Assembly: GCA_000165425.1 (NCBI GenBank) | Contig: CT868054.1 | Location: forward strand, 62,001-126,000 | DNA length: 64,000 nucleotides | Direction of reading: 5' to 3' | From: Paramecium tetraurelia | Taxonomy: Eukaryota | In this document: piece by piece, positions 27,256-43,235 of the stretch | Position numbering within the stretch: the stretch's first letter is position 1 | Layout: each line of letters begins with the position of its first letter | Translations under genes and position numbers: made by a program | Notes under the pieces: model-generated | Databases searched by the model: none | Seen by the model: the letters and a program-made list of their open reading frames with translations, nothing else | What the model was told of the DNA's origin: nothing

Positions 27256-29239
27256 TCAATCTTTTTTTTCATTTTGTTAACTCTTGGATTTAAATAATCT
27301 GTAGCCAGCATACAAGATGGCTGAACCAGCCAAAGCTGCAAATAGCCCTTCCTTTGATTTAACTCCATTCTTCATTATAAATTAAGAAGCACCAGCAGCT
27401 GCAGCAACAGACAAGCCTAACATACCAACTTCTTGGGGCACTTGCTGAATGATCTTTGATGAAGAGGGGTGATTTTCGGATTGAGACCTATTTAAAAATT
27501 ACTACTCTGCATCATTTTGCGGTTACAAAGGTTCTGAATCTTTGACTTGTTGAGTTGGAGATTAAACAAATTGAGGAACCTACTTTTATTATTTTTATTG
27601 ATTGTTCTTCTGATCTACATGATATCCTTCAATTCTAACAGAATCATTGTGACTAACTTCAACAGGATTAGAGTTTTATTCAGTGTGTAACTGTGGTTTA
27701 TGTTCAATAACTTCCCTCTTCTCTACATTGATGATTTCATGGGATGGTTAAACTTCAATATGAGTCTGATCATCCTATTAAACATGGACTTTCTCTTCCT
27801 CTTGAATCAATTGAGTTTATTACTGATTGGATTCCACCTTTAATTATTACTATGGCTCAGAGTTAACTTAAGTGTAAGTAACCTAGACTTCTGTTTTGGG
27901 TGCTTAGACAGAAAATAAAGCATATCCTTTTTATTCAACAGATGGATTAGGCTATTGTTCTATCGAGTTGAATTATTCAGTCTGTATTGATTAGACATGA
28001 GGACTGGGATGTACTTGATGAATATTGTGATTAACCTCAAGATTGACAATAGGATGTTCATGAAGAGATGTGGATTGTGCATTGAGTGGGATTTCAATTT
28101 GAGGACACTTCTCAATTTGAGTATCTAGGTTCCTTGATTCCAAATTGATTCGAGGTTGTTACTCAATTGAAACCTCCTGATGATTCTCTAATTGAACAAC
28201 TGGTATTTATTGTAAGTAAACACCATCATTAGAGTTTTATGTTTACACTTTGGACTTCTCTTCAGTCACAATTTCACTTTTATTTTTTTATACTTCTACT
28301 TAAACCTAACTTTGTGTTTCTGTTCTCTCTACAACTACTTATTGCTAAATCTATGGTTACTTCTCTAATTCTATTTATTAATGAGATTCTATGTGTGTTT
28401 TAGGCTGCACTTCGATATTGGTGTATTCAACTTTGACTTCCATTTTTTATTATTAGACTCTCTCCAAAACGACTTCATCATTCTATTTCCTCAATTAGGT
28501 TTATGGGGCACCTTCTAACATCACTTAGTCATTCGCTTTCTCCACAAACAGAGGAGCCTAAGCATTTAAAACAACTTCATGTTATTAAATCTAAACAATG
28601 GCTACTTCCTTCAAGGGTCTCTAAGTTGGAGTTTCTATAGAATGTTCAACCTCACTATCGTGCAATGAAAGTGAGACATTAGGTTTTGAGGAAGGTTTAA
28701 TATTTTCATCATGTGCAGAATCAGGTGAAGGTTGACCTAGAAATTATGGTTCTTAGGGCTTATGGGTCTCTTCATTCAAAGTTGCAGAGATCCTTTTAGA
28801 AGTCTCTTTCTAATCAAACTATTAGGATGGAGATTAAATATCATTTTCACCATTTTTAGTCTGTTGTTGTACATCTGATACTAAATCTTGCTGTTTTTGT
28901 TTCTGAGCATCATTAAACTACTCAAACTAATCATTCTCTTGGGTATTTTGTATATCCTCTATTTGATTCTTTTACTCATGTTTCTAATTATCTTAATCTT
29001 AGTTCGGTGTTTATTTGTCATTTGCATTTTGCTAATTTTAAGGTACAGCCTACTCAGTAGTAACCTCTTAATTATCTAATTATATAATCAAATCGACTAC
29101 TTTATTCAACATTCAATATCTGCTCTTCTTCTTTTTTATCTATATCTGGGGCAGATTCTATTTGTTCTGCCTGATCGTTTTAATCTGTGTTATTGTCTTA
29201 CTTGTTTTTGGTATTCTATCTTTTATTTTTCCTAGGCAT
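27256..29239 (-). CDS. Gln/Glu-rich protein with C-terminal hydrophobic helices (tail-anchored candidate)
   Basis: C-term VGMLGLSVAAAAGASQFIMKNGVKSKEGLFAALAGSAILYAGYRLFKSKSQQNEKKD*. Confidence 0.7.
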
Positions 29240-29504
29240 TGAAATTAAATTTATTTAATAATCACTTTAATCTCATTGTTAAAATTTACATTAATATTTG
29301 ATATCATTAATGTTATGTTATCGGTACTACATTATAAAGTTTAAGAGTAATATTTTTATTATAATAACTATAAATATTTTAAATGCAGCTGAGTAAATTA
29401 TTATAACTATATTAAGTATTTATTTATATATATATTTTAATATATAGATTGTTAATAATGGAAATATATATAATATCTGAATGCGTATTCTAAATGATAT
29501 TTGT

Positions 29505-30301
29505 TCATAATTTCGACCACTTTAGAAAATCGATTGGCTCCTTGTCTTATCTTACTCTGCTGATGAATCCTCCTGAACATTCATAGATTGCACCATTTTC
29601 TTGACAATCATCACTGCACAAATAGGCAACTAGTGGAGCCACATTGTTCGGATTGATGCCTTCAAGCATGTCTTAAGGCAAAATAGTCTCAGTCATTCTA
29701 GATGCAGCCACTGGGGATAATATATTAGTTCTTATGTTAAACTCCTCTCCCTCCTTAGCAAGACTAAATGAAAATCCAATGATGGCAGATTTCGCAGTTG
29801 CATAATTGGCCTACCCAACTTAACCATACAAACCAGAGCCACTAATAGTGTTGACTATTTTTCCATATCTTTATTTAGCCATATATGGCCAGGCAGCTTT
29901 ACAACATTTATATGTCCCATTTAAATGAACATCAACAACATCCTCATAGTCTTCCTTAGTCATCTTGGCGAAAACATTGTCCTTGATAATGCCAGCATTG
30001 TTTATCAAAATGTCGATCCGACCGTAATTATCAATTGCTTATTTGATTATGTGATCCCCATCCAAAATATCATCGTAATTGGCGATGGCTATGCCTCCTT
30101 TCAAGTTGATATTCCTTACAATCTAAGAATTTATAACTTAATCACCTCATTTACTAATAGATAATTCTCACTATCCTTTTTACATCTATTATTAACAACA
30201 ACTTTAGCTCCCCTTTCAGCAAAGTAATTACAGTATTCTTTACCAATTCCTCTTGCTGCTCCAGTCACAATAACAACTTTGCCTCTAAAATCTAATGCCA
30301 T
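29505..30301 (-). CDS. Peroxisomal short-chain dehydrogenase (MFE-2/HSD17B4 dehydrogenase-domain type)
   Basis: [31 protein letters not shown] (YxxxK), ends WSKL* (PTS1). Confidence 0.9.
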
Positions 30302-30395
30302 ATTAAATTTTTTATCTAAACCATTTGCGAATCCCGTTACATAAAAAGAGTAGCAATGATAACAATACAACAATTTTTAATATATTAATGCATTC

Positions 30396-31173
30396 TCATT
30401 CCTATAGAGCCTTAGCTAAAACAACTGTCGAAAATGAGACTTCATTGGGATCTCTTTCAAAGAACTTTTGGATGACTTTGGAAACATCAGCCAAAAATGT
30501 TTCTGGGGTCGACTTGCCATGATTGATTGGGAATTACTATTAAATTATGGATCTCAACTTACTTTGCACCCATCCAATTCATAGATGTCACCTTCCTTAA
30601 GGACAAAGGCTACGAAATGACGATCAACCTCATCACAACAAGCACTTTCCCCTTATTACACAGCCTCCTTGTGAACCTGTTTCAATTCCTTAGCCTACTT
30701 GAAGGCCTCTCCGATCTATTAAGGAGTCTTCCCTTAAACACTCTTTCTAAACTCTGCCAAATAACTTCCCTCTTGAATTATAGCAGGGTCAGCATTGAGA
30801 GCAACGTGAACCATTGCAATTGTGCCACAAGCATTCTTGGCTAATTATTTCATATAGAACACATTTGGAGATACATGTTAACTACATAAGTCTATATCTG
30901 ATACCCTTTTTCTTGAATTTGAGCTGCCTCTTGCTCTACAAATTGATCTGTGTTCTCTTTGATTGGAAAATTAAACACCACACCATAAATAGGTGCAGGT
31001 ATCATCTCAAAAGCCCAATCTTCGAATCCCAATAAATCATGGAATTATGCTACATCAACATTAATACCTCAATATAGTAAGTCTATGATACCAAATTTGA
31101 TTGCTTATTCATTCATCACTTGAGGATTGGATTCGAGAGGCATCCAATTGTCGTCCTATTATTCGATGTCCAT
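30396..31173 (-). CDS. Ubiquitin C-terminal hydrolase, peptidase C12 (UCH-L3-like)
   Basis: WMPLESNPQVMN, KQLAKNACGTIA, HFVAF, YELDG; one 23-nt intron. Confidence 0.92.
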
Positions 31174-31215
31174 TTAAATTGTATAATTAATTTATTGTAT
31201 TATTTATTCGATAAT

Positions 31216-32099
31216 TCAATGTAACTATTTGAAATATGTATTCAAGTTTGATCAATTTAATTTTTTAAACGAATCTAATTTTGTTTAACTCTTAGTCTGA
31301 TCGATTCTCCCCAAGACCCCAAGAGTAACATAATCTTATTTGTTGGACATCCAACCTGCAGTCATTATGGACATCTTGTTGATATGTTTCAAGACATTCT
31401 TAGTCTTCCCCTAAGAAGAGAAAGAATCCCGCTCATCAATAGATTGTTCTTGTGTAGGATGAATCACAGTAATCTAATTAGAATTCAAAGGAATTTCAGT
31501 TGGACTAGTTTGAATGCTGCATATTTGAGATTGCAATTCATCCATTATCATATTCTACTTTGATAATTTATCTTAATAATCCTGATTAAGACAGTCTATT
31601 TCTCTAGCTTTACTTTCTTCAACGTCGATCAATTTTTATTTACATTATTTAATTTAGATGATCAACTCTTCCTGTTCCTCGCTCAATTGTTTCTTCGCTT
31701 CAATTGCCTCATCCAGAACTCTTTTCAATTCTTGGATCTCTTCACTTTATTTCAACATAAGCGATGTTAACTAATCCTCATCATTGTCAGATTGTCTATT
31801 CAACTCATCGACTTTCCAATGTTCGCTCGATAGATTTAAATCCTATTAGCCATTATCTTGTTCAATGTCACTCTCCTTACTAAATATCTGATAAAAGTCA
31901 TTTAACTATTATTGTAGATCAGCAATAGTACGTGTCTTAGTTTCCAACATCTCGTCTCTTAATTGTAATTCTACTTAGAAACAAAGACGTACCTTATTCC
32001 AAGAAAGTTATTTGATCATTACTATTAAGTTGGTTATTTTAATCTTTTCGGCTAGCTGACGTCAGACACCTATTTTTTGTTCTGGTATTCTTTGTGCAT
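31216..32099 (-). CDS. Hypothetical coiled-coil protein
   Basis: Code-6 ORF with E/Q/K-rich heptads and one probable intron ~31976-32000. Confidence 0.55.
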
Positions 32100-32219
32100 T
32101 AATCTTGCAAAATTATACTTATTTAATTGTTAGATTAATTAAATTAGCATCCAAAATCATTTTAAGGCGCCAACTTAATTTCTTGATTGTTTTGACAAAT
32201 TTATTTAATTTACTAATTT

Positions 32220-32902
32220 TCAATCAATTAATTAAGTTTGATTTCAGTATTAAATTAACATGAAAAGTCTTGTTTGATATGCTATCCTGTCTCCAATTAA
32301 AGACCCAATTGAATCTGCTTATTATGAGTATTCCATTGAACATGTTTAGTGTTTAATATTTTAATTTCCTCACCTACAGAGTTGCTAGATTAATTATTAT
32401 CTTAAATTGATCCATTCGCACTTTAAACATCTACCTACTCTTTTTGTGATTCAGTTTAGCATTCTTAATTGACTTATGCACTTTGCAACTTGGATCGCTG
32501 TAATTATTGCATGTATTGTGATAATCCCACTCCTATCAATTATTGTTCTTTGTCGTCGTTTTCCGTGGACTCCCTTGGAAGACTCATCTTACTTGAATAG
32601 GCTGTTTGACTATCATTCAATTTTTGCTGCAATTTAGCCATATTTGTATTTTGAATGGATTGTGCAAGGGAACTATTATTTTCCTCTTACAATTATTTTC
32701 TTTCTAAAATCATATACGTTAATACATTAGTACTTTTCCAAATACCGCTCCAACTTGTTTTTGCTAGTACTGGGATCGAGCTTGGCCTTAATCGCAGAAG
32801 GAGGTTTCTTTTGCTTGTGGGAATGCTTTAAATTGTTCAATTGATGACTCCTTTACAAGAAGACATCTTGGAGAGTTCCTAAAACATCTTATTTGGAAAC
32901 AT
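32220..32902 (-). CDS. Hypothetical protein
   Basis: Starts MFPNKMFQELSKM; mini-introns; 3' end uncertain. Confidence 0.45.
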
Positions 32903-33955
32903 GATATTGCATTATTGAAATCACAAATTATAAAATTAATATCAAAATAATTCTTAAGCGTATTGAACTTGTATTGAGGTTATTTAAAACATGATTGTGT
33001 TATAGAATTAATTCATTATGAAAATTATGACGATTCCAGTATAACTTTATTAAAGATATTTTAATATAATTTATCTCTTGAATCCAAATTTCGTATCCTC
33101 AAACTGAAATTAAAAGTGTATTTCCCTTCCTAGTTCATCAATCCTTCCTATTCCGTATTTGCTATATTAATTTTCAACCTTAATCCGTTCTTTGCGGTCT
33201 CTTTGAATCATTATTCAAACAAATTCAAAATCAAATATTCTCATATCAAAATAGCTGCTGATTTCTTACTAAAAACCTACCTATCTTTTGTCTGAGTATT
33301 GCAGAATGCCACAGAGGAGGAGTAGAAATGCTAGATTGTTTGAACTTGCTAGTTCAATCATAAATTTATATTTATAAACGACTTTTATAACAAAGACACG
33401 AGAAATATGTAGTTCTAAGAAAGGAACAATTATATTTCTATCATTTATAATAATGTTCTTTTAATTCCTAAATCTGTATGCGCTTTATCATATCCAATTA
33501 TTTTTTGATGAAAGCTTGTTTCTAAGTGTTCTTCGAATTGTAAGGTGACTGTAGGAGCTAGAGAAGTTTTTTTGTTTGTAGAGGTTTCAACTTGGAAGGA
33601 CTTCCTGAACTGTTTTGATTTGTCGCTCTCTTTTGCACTTGAATTCGACCAACTCTTGGACTGCCTGGCCGAGTAGATAGAGGAGTCACATACATAAAAC
33701 CCTTTTTTACATCCGGCAGCGTGTCTCTGCTGGGCTTGCTTGTCTCCTAGAATGTAGAGATTCCAATTATACTTGAGTCGAACCTGACATAAGTAAAGAA
33801 ACCTTCTTCTTCTTATCCTCGCCATAAAATTGAAGACTTAATTCCTTATAGAATTGGTCGATTTCATTTTCAATATTCTTTTCTTAATCTGGGTCAAAGC
33901 TATGAAGAGAAAATTGATCATCGTCTGACATTTTTTATATAAAAAATATTATAAT

Positions 33956-34995
33956 CACTATGCTAGTTTGTTTAACTAATACAAAACTGCTTTGTCTAAA
34001 TGACTTAGAACAGCAGCACTCTCTTATGGAAACTACTGTAATGAATAGAGCATAATGCTTTTGATCTCGTTCAGTAATTACTTTTATCCTTTTATGGATT
34101 TCAATACCTCTATCCAAAATTTCATGTGTTCCTCATTATTTTATACACTCATTTGCAATCTTTCAATAGTGCCCAGCATTGAAAAGTAAGTACTTTTACA
34201 ATCATCGGCTAAATCCCTGTATTCAGGAGCATAGGTTCTCCAGAATTCAATTTTTTAATCCTGAATGAATTCATACAATCTTTCATCTTGGAGTTCAGAA
34301 TTTAATTTGGAGATAATTTTAAAAATTTCGTTTAAACTTCTGAGCAATTTTCTTTAATATTCTAGAAAATCGATGCTTAAAAACTAATAAGCATCATTAA
34401 GTTTCTCAATCTCCAAGTTAAGTTGGTTTTCTTCCTCCTCCAATTTCTTAATGGAGGTTTTGAGGAAATTGGGATCGATCTTCTTGGTATCGAAATGCTT
34501 CTAAATAAAGGAGTTGGTTTCATAGAGTTGCCATTTTTCCAATTTTTCATTTTATAGTTATAAACAATATTTTTAGTTGTCATATTTGGATGAATTGATT
34601 TTGAGTTTCAAAGCCTGGGTGTTTGAGTCTCTCTTTTAGCCAACCAATAGGTAATTGTTGATAAGTCTCTGAATAACTGAAATGATGGAGATTACTAATT
34701 AAGACCATTGTTTGATATCTTAGAAACTCAATTGAGGATCCAAAATTTGATTCATGAGTGTAATGAGCGTAATAAACAATTTGTTAAAGATAGGATGGGT
34801 GGATTTATAGAAGAGTAAGGTATCCATTAATGTTAGAATGGCATGTTATTTTAAACTTGTATTCTCAAGAACTTGAAATTATTGAAACAAAAGCAGGCTT
34901 TGTTCTTGTATATGATCTAAATTCTGATTGGTTAACTTCAATTGTTCTGACAACTTTTAAGGTACAAAGATAGTGCTTGACAAATTATTTTGCAT
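33956..34995 (-). CDS. Hypothetical protein
   Basis: Code-6 ORF from MQKQFVKHYLC; ends approximate. Confidence 0.55.
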
Positions 34996-35067
34996 AATTG
35001 ATTAAATCAATTAATGAATTAAAATAGATGTAAATTTATAAAAGTAGTTATCTACATAAATTATAGA

Positions 35068-37604
<2,537 letters not shown>

Positions 37605-37788
37605 TATTTATTATTTTTTATTTTAATTATTGAAAATCAAATGATCCTAAAATGCGCTATTTAAGCCAGAAATTTCTGATAAAATCTGATAAAAAAATGA
37701 ATTCTTTATTAAATATACATTGTAGATTATTAAAGAAAGAATTAAAAATATTTAAATTGCAAATTATAATCAACTACATAATTCAGAG

Positions 37789-38717
37789 ATCAATTTATCT
37801 AGATTTTCCAAATTCTCATCCTTCACTCTACTGTTCAGAACTTTGGAATCTTGCAAAATGATCTGAGTATTCACTAAAGTAACCGGCTGGAAATTCTCTC
37901 CTCTATCTACAACTAATGGTATTTTGTTTCTCTCCGTCTGCTATTTCAATTTAGAAGACACTAAAGTTTATTCTGGATTCTTAGATTCATTGCCAACCAT
38001 TCCCTAAATTTCTTCCAACAAATCATCGATTTAGAGATCGATCTTATCTTCCTTCATCTATTCTTGCTTATTAAACTCAATGTGATGGATTGGCTCATAT
38101 TACTATTCCAATCGTAATGGTTCATTCCTTTATAACTCTCTAGTAAACGAAACCGATGCTGATTATCCTTCAGTCTTATAGGGTTTAGGCTTAATCGATT
38201 CCATCTCAGAAACTCTATCGTGACCAGTCTGCACTCGTCTAGGATAATCCAGATCATTCATTATGTTGATAATGCTTTGGGAGTGCATATTGTTCTCCTC
38301 CTGGAAATAGATTTATGATTCATCTTGTAATCCTTTTGAATTTTTGACTATCACAGTCTACACGCTGGGTTCCTTCTTTTTTTCGTGCACTTTAATGGTA
38401 GTGTATGGCAGTTCTTATTAAAAATAGTGTGAAGATTCTTAATTTAACGATTAGGTCTCATAGCCGGTTATTGCATATTTGGCTGTTTTAAACAATGTGT
38501 TATTCTCCTGGGTTATTGGATAATCGTTAGTTGAAGTGAAGTTACGACTTATTAATTGAATCCTCTTTGTTGCTTCTTGTTTTTCTCTCTCCGATTTATT
38601 TAACATCAATTGCATTGCATCTAAATCTCGAGTGAATTAGCCTTAGGATTCCGAATAATATTATTTGAGAATGTCTATTTCTATCCTCTGCTTGGCTGAT
38701 TTATTGTAATTATTCAT
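37789..38717 (-). CDS. Hypothetical protein
   Basis: Code-6 ORF from MNNYNKSAKQRIEIDIL; 3' end approximate. Confidence 0.55.
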
Positions 38718-38732
38718 AATAAATAAAAAATA

Positions 38733-40201
38733 ATGAAGAAAGCAATCAAGCAAAAAGTGAAGATGTTGGGAGCTTTGGAATTGGATCGTCAAATGAAACG
38801 AAAATTGGAATCCACTAATTACTCAATACTATAGAATTTTGATGTATTTCAACACCCATATTGCAGTACTTTCGATCACTTTTAGCAAGACCTCATAAAC
38901 ACTATTCGGATGTTGAGTAATTGAAGAAATTCTTATAGCACATACCATATCTTAAGGAAATCACTGAAGGCATGTCAATGAGGTTGGTTGAGAAGATCAT
39001 TCATCAATTATCATTAAAATTCCTACCTGCTAATTGTTAATGTGATTCTTAATTTCAGATCATGTTGAGTGGAGAAATCCAAATCGGCCAAAGAACCTTT
39101 GTGTAGACTGACACCATAAATGAAGTTGGTTCCGTTTTAAGAGATTCTTGGGTTCTCATTTTAAGTAATGAGGGATATAATGACCTTATCAGGGAATACC
39201 ATGAAAATCTGATGGCTCACAAATTGCATCTCATACAACAATACTCAGTTTTCAACAAAATAAGCATTCAAAGACTAAAAAATCAATTGGATTAATTTAA
39301 ACAAGAATAAGCAACCAACAATACAATTCTATATCAGGAGAAACAACCAGTCGATTCATTCTACTTAGTAGTGTAGGGGGAAGTCAAATTGGTACAAGAA
39401 GAAATTGAATTGTAATTATTGGGACCAAAAAGTGTGTTTGGAGAAATGGAATTGGTGGAGGGAAATGAATTTAGATATCATAAGGCTGTGGTTACATAAC
39501 AAATTTCCTATTACAGAATAGGTTATCATCAATTGAAGATTCTCTTAAATTCCAGTGGTCTGTATGAAACATTTTGTTAGAATTATCACATCAAAGCGTA
39601 GTTTTGGAAGGCAAGAAAGTAGTAATGCAAAAAAGAAGTGATTATCCCTATTGATTACTCTGAATTCAAGTATGACATTCCTAAGACATATCACAATTAT
39701 CTCTCGGCTTCCAAATTGTTGAAATATGCAAAGTAGAACACTTCTAATCCTGAAGATGATTACAAAGAAACCAAAGAAGATAAATTGCTTGAATCATACA
39801 AAAAATTCAATCATCAAATCAAATTGAATTTTAAGCAAAATCATTTATTGAGAAAGGTTTTGATTTAAGCTAAACAAACTAATCATGACTTGCCCATCAT
39901 GAAAGGATTGCAATTAGAAAGGTATCTTCCCAAAAATCATTTTACACATAAAAAGTCTTTGAAAATTATTAGTCAATTCAACGAGACTGCCTATCAAAGA
40001 TTTGTTTCAGATATAGAATCATATCCTTCAACAACCACCTTTGTTAAAGGATCTCGATTATTCAGTGCAGCAAGCAGATTACAATCACCTGCAAGTAGAT
40101 TATAATCAGCAGCTCCAAAATTATTTACAAGTCCTTCAAAATTACAATAATTTAGACCAATAACGGCAATTAAAAGATCTATTAGCAATGGACCTTAATG
40201 A
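38733..40201 (+). CDS. Cyclic nucleotide-binding domain protein
   Basis: ILYQEKQPVDSFYLVVQGEVKL...LGPKSVFGEMELV...RYHKAVV; a more degenerate upstream CNB-like segment. Confidence 0.75.
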
Positions 40202-40256
40202 CTCAGATATATGTAAAATTGTAAATACTTTTTTACAAACATCTATATATACATTA

Positions 40257-40943
40257 TCATTTTCTTTGTTTTTTTGAATTAACTACCTTGGGAATCTTTT
40301 TTATTTTTTTTGACTTTTGTCTAATTAGTCTTAATTTGTTTCTATGGGTATTCCTTACTTGATTTTAATCTGAAATCTAAAATATTCATAGACAACTAAA
40401 TTTACTATTCAATTTTGGAGTCACATCAAACCCAAAGGATTTACACAATCTCATGGGATTCAATTTTAATACCTCATAATTATTTTGATCTAATTTATGT
40501 TGATATGCCTATTTTCAATTGTATATAGTACAGAAATGAAATCCTTATATGCTTTTTCAGCTAAACAATTCAGATTATAATTGCTAGACACTAATTTCAT
40601 AACTTCTTAAGTTGCAAATTATTCTAATTTATTTTTTCCTAATTTGCTCTCAGCACAATTAGGTACCTTCTCTTCAGGAAGAACAAATATTAAGCCACTC
40701 TTAACTTCTTGCATAGGAGGATCATAATAAATTTATAATGTTTAATTAGCAGGTTGTTACTATGTTCTGAAATTTGTTTTTATGCCCATCAAAATAAACA
40801 ACTCTTGCAAAAACTAAATAGTGGAATGGAGTTACATTAATTTAATTTTCAGAGAAGACTACAACAGTATTAGATTTAATTCTCTTCACAATAGTTATCA
40901 ATAATTAAAGTCTTTCATCTTGTTCCACTAAAATGTAATTCAT
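40257..40943 (-). CDS. Small protein with Has1/DDX18-type C-terminal extension (DUF4217-like); helicase remnant
   Basis: VMKLVSSNYNLNCLAEKAYKDFISAYQHKLDQNNYEVLKLNPMRLCKSFGFDVTPKLN after removing a 23-nt intron; basic tail. Confidence 0.65.
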
Positions 40944-40962
40944 AAATTAAATTATAATTAAA

Positions 40963-41444
40963 ATGTCTCTAATACTCAGTCAAATCAATAAGGATAATGT
41001 GAAAGTAGGCAAAGGCTGTTGTATAGCTTTGGGAGTGCAAATAATATCAGAAATTGGTGAAATCATCATTGGCGATTACACCATCATAGAAGAAGGATGC
41101 ATAATTCGAAATAATCAGTTTAAGAAAATGGTAATTGGATCTTATAATGTTTTCGAAATTGGATGCAAAGTTGAAAATGCTAATATCGGAGATTGTAATG
41201 TATTTGAGATGAGATGTACGACTGTTCGATAACATAAGGCATAATTGAAAGTGGATGTACAATTGAGAATAATTGCCGATTTGGCATCAATTCAAGAATT
41301 CCCCCTAAATAGAACTTCCCTAATTTCTCTAGAGTATATTACCCATTTAATTGTTTAAAAGTGCCTCCGTATGATTCATCTTAGCATAAAGAAGAAATTT
41401 CAGAATTATGTGCTGCTCTGTTTTAGATGGGATCAAAGAAATGA
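40963..41444 (+). CDS. DCTN6: Dynactin subunit p27 (left-handed beta-helix)
   Basis: GEIIIGDYTIIEE...MVIGSYNVFEIGCKVENANIGDCNVFE hexapeptide repeats; intron ~41216-41238. Confidence 0.8.
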
Positions 41445-41512
41445 CATATTTACACTATGTTTGATTTAATGTAATTAAAACACAAATAAAAACACCAACC
41501 ATTTGAATCAAT

Positions 41513-43146
41513 TCAATAAGAATACTTCCATTTCTAATATCAGAGGTGATCCATCCATAATGGACTCGCCCTTCTCTTAAGCAAATTCATAAGTGTACCC
41601 AATATTACTTGAACATTGATCAAATGTTGATCCCTATAAGCTTAGATCAGGGCCTTATCCAAATTGTGGTCCCACCAGATGTTTAGAATATAATGTAAAT
41701 CTATGATCTCTTAGTTGATAAATGTGATTCTTTGTATAAGAGAATAGGAATGACTTTTTGGCAACATCAACCATATAGTCTCCATAAAGTGATGGGATAT
41801 AAGGAGGCAATGTGAGTGCCCCAACTATTTCGTTGTTATGAAATTTGGCGATTAATAAAGTAGAACCATACTTCTTCAGGCTTTACCAGAATGCATTTAT
41901 CGAAAGCCCATCTCTTTTACTCTTGTAAATTAATTCAGCTTTAGTGAATTTCAATTACTATCCGATAATAAGACGATTGATAATGTAATCCATTTCCAGA
42001 ATTTCTGATTACTCATTAAATATGATTGGCTCTACATTAGTTTTCATATCCAGAGTCAATTTTTATGGATTCTTAGATATTAAGTCTTATAGAATATTTT
42101 TAGTTTTATTAAATTCTTCATCTGTTTTCTTCTATAATTGTATTACTTTAAGTGCTAATTTAGAATCATTGTTTATCAAGATTTCCTTAAGATCATTGCC
42201 ACTTTAAAGTGATTCATGAGATTACTTAAGCAGTGTTTCTGTTTGTTTATTTTATTCTTTCTATAATTCTTTAACTTCCGAAACTAACAATTTTTACAAT
42301 TCTAAAATAGATAAGGATTGTTAGTCTAACTTCATTTGGAGTCTACAATAGATTACAGATGTTACTTTAACAGTTAATTGTCAAGTTGTTGAGTAGTATA
42401 AATTAAATATAGCACTGGAATGATGATGATAAGAGTAGTTATTTTTGTAGGAAGGTAATCTGATTTGGGCATTGTCTTCACTCCTTCTAAATCAGCAATT
42501 TTTTTCTATAATTATTGGATTGTCTTCTTCCTGTATTCACTATCACATTTACTTAATTGTTTGAGAATCCTGTAATTCTATTGAAGCAATATAAGTTTCA
42601 ATATTCCTCTTGATCTCTTCATATACTTGTTTTAGGGAATCTTCAAATTTTGTATCATTCGATAAGTACTGCTCTATATGAAATTGAAGTTTCTCTTTCT
42701 GAAATTGCAATCCTTATCTAATCAATGAGACCAAGGCATTCAATTGTTTCGGGCCTTCCTCAACTTATAATTCAATCTTCTTGAATACTTGATTCTGAAA
42801 CTCAGAACTCTTGCTAGAAAATGATTCTAATTTAAGTTTGTTAATATTTACTTAAAGTGCACAACTCTTTGAATTTGTCTTTTTTGAATTGATGCGCATC
42901 AATTATCATCTGATTATACAGTTCTAGCTTCTTGTTATTCCTCCTTATCAAATCATTGACAATAGAATCAAAAGTCACAAATTCCTCATAATGTTTGATG
43001 CTATTCTTATCTGTCTTATGTAATTTCACTAAACACTCATGGCAATGCAATTGCTTCTTCTTCGATGTATAACATTCCTTATTCAGGCAAAGATATTTCT
43101 CCTAATTCTAAGTGTCTTAGCATATACTAAATTATCTTTATTCCAT
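41513..43146 (-). CDS. Cys/His-rich N-terminus + coiled coil + C-terminal TLDc domain protein
   Basis: CLNKEC...HCHECLVKLH; LIYKSKRDGLSINAFW...GPQFGQGPDL...EMEVF. Confidence 0.8.
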
Positions 43147-43235
43147 TTTAATTCAATTCAAAAATACAAGTTTTATTTTCTTATATTCATTAAAATTTTC
43201 ACAACTCCCCTTAAATTAGGCAAGTAATTTTTAAA

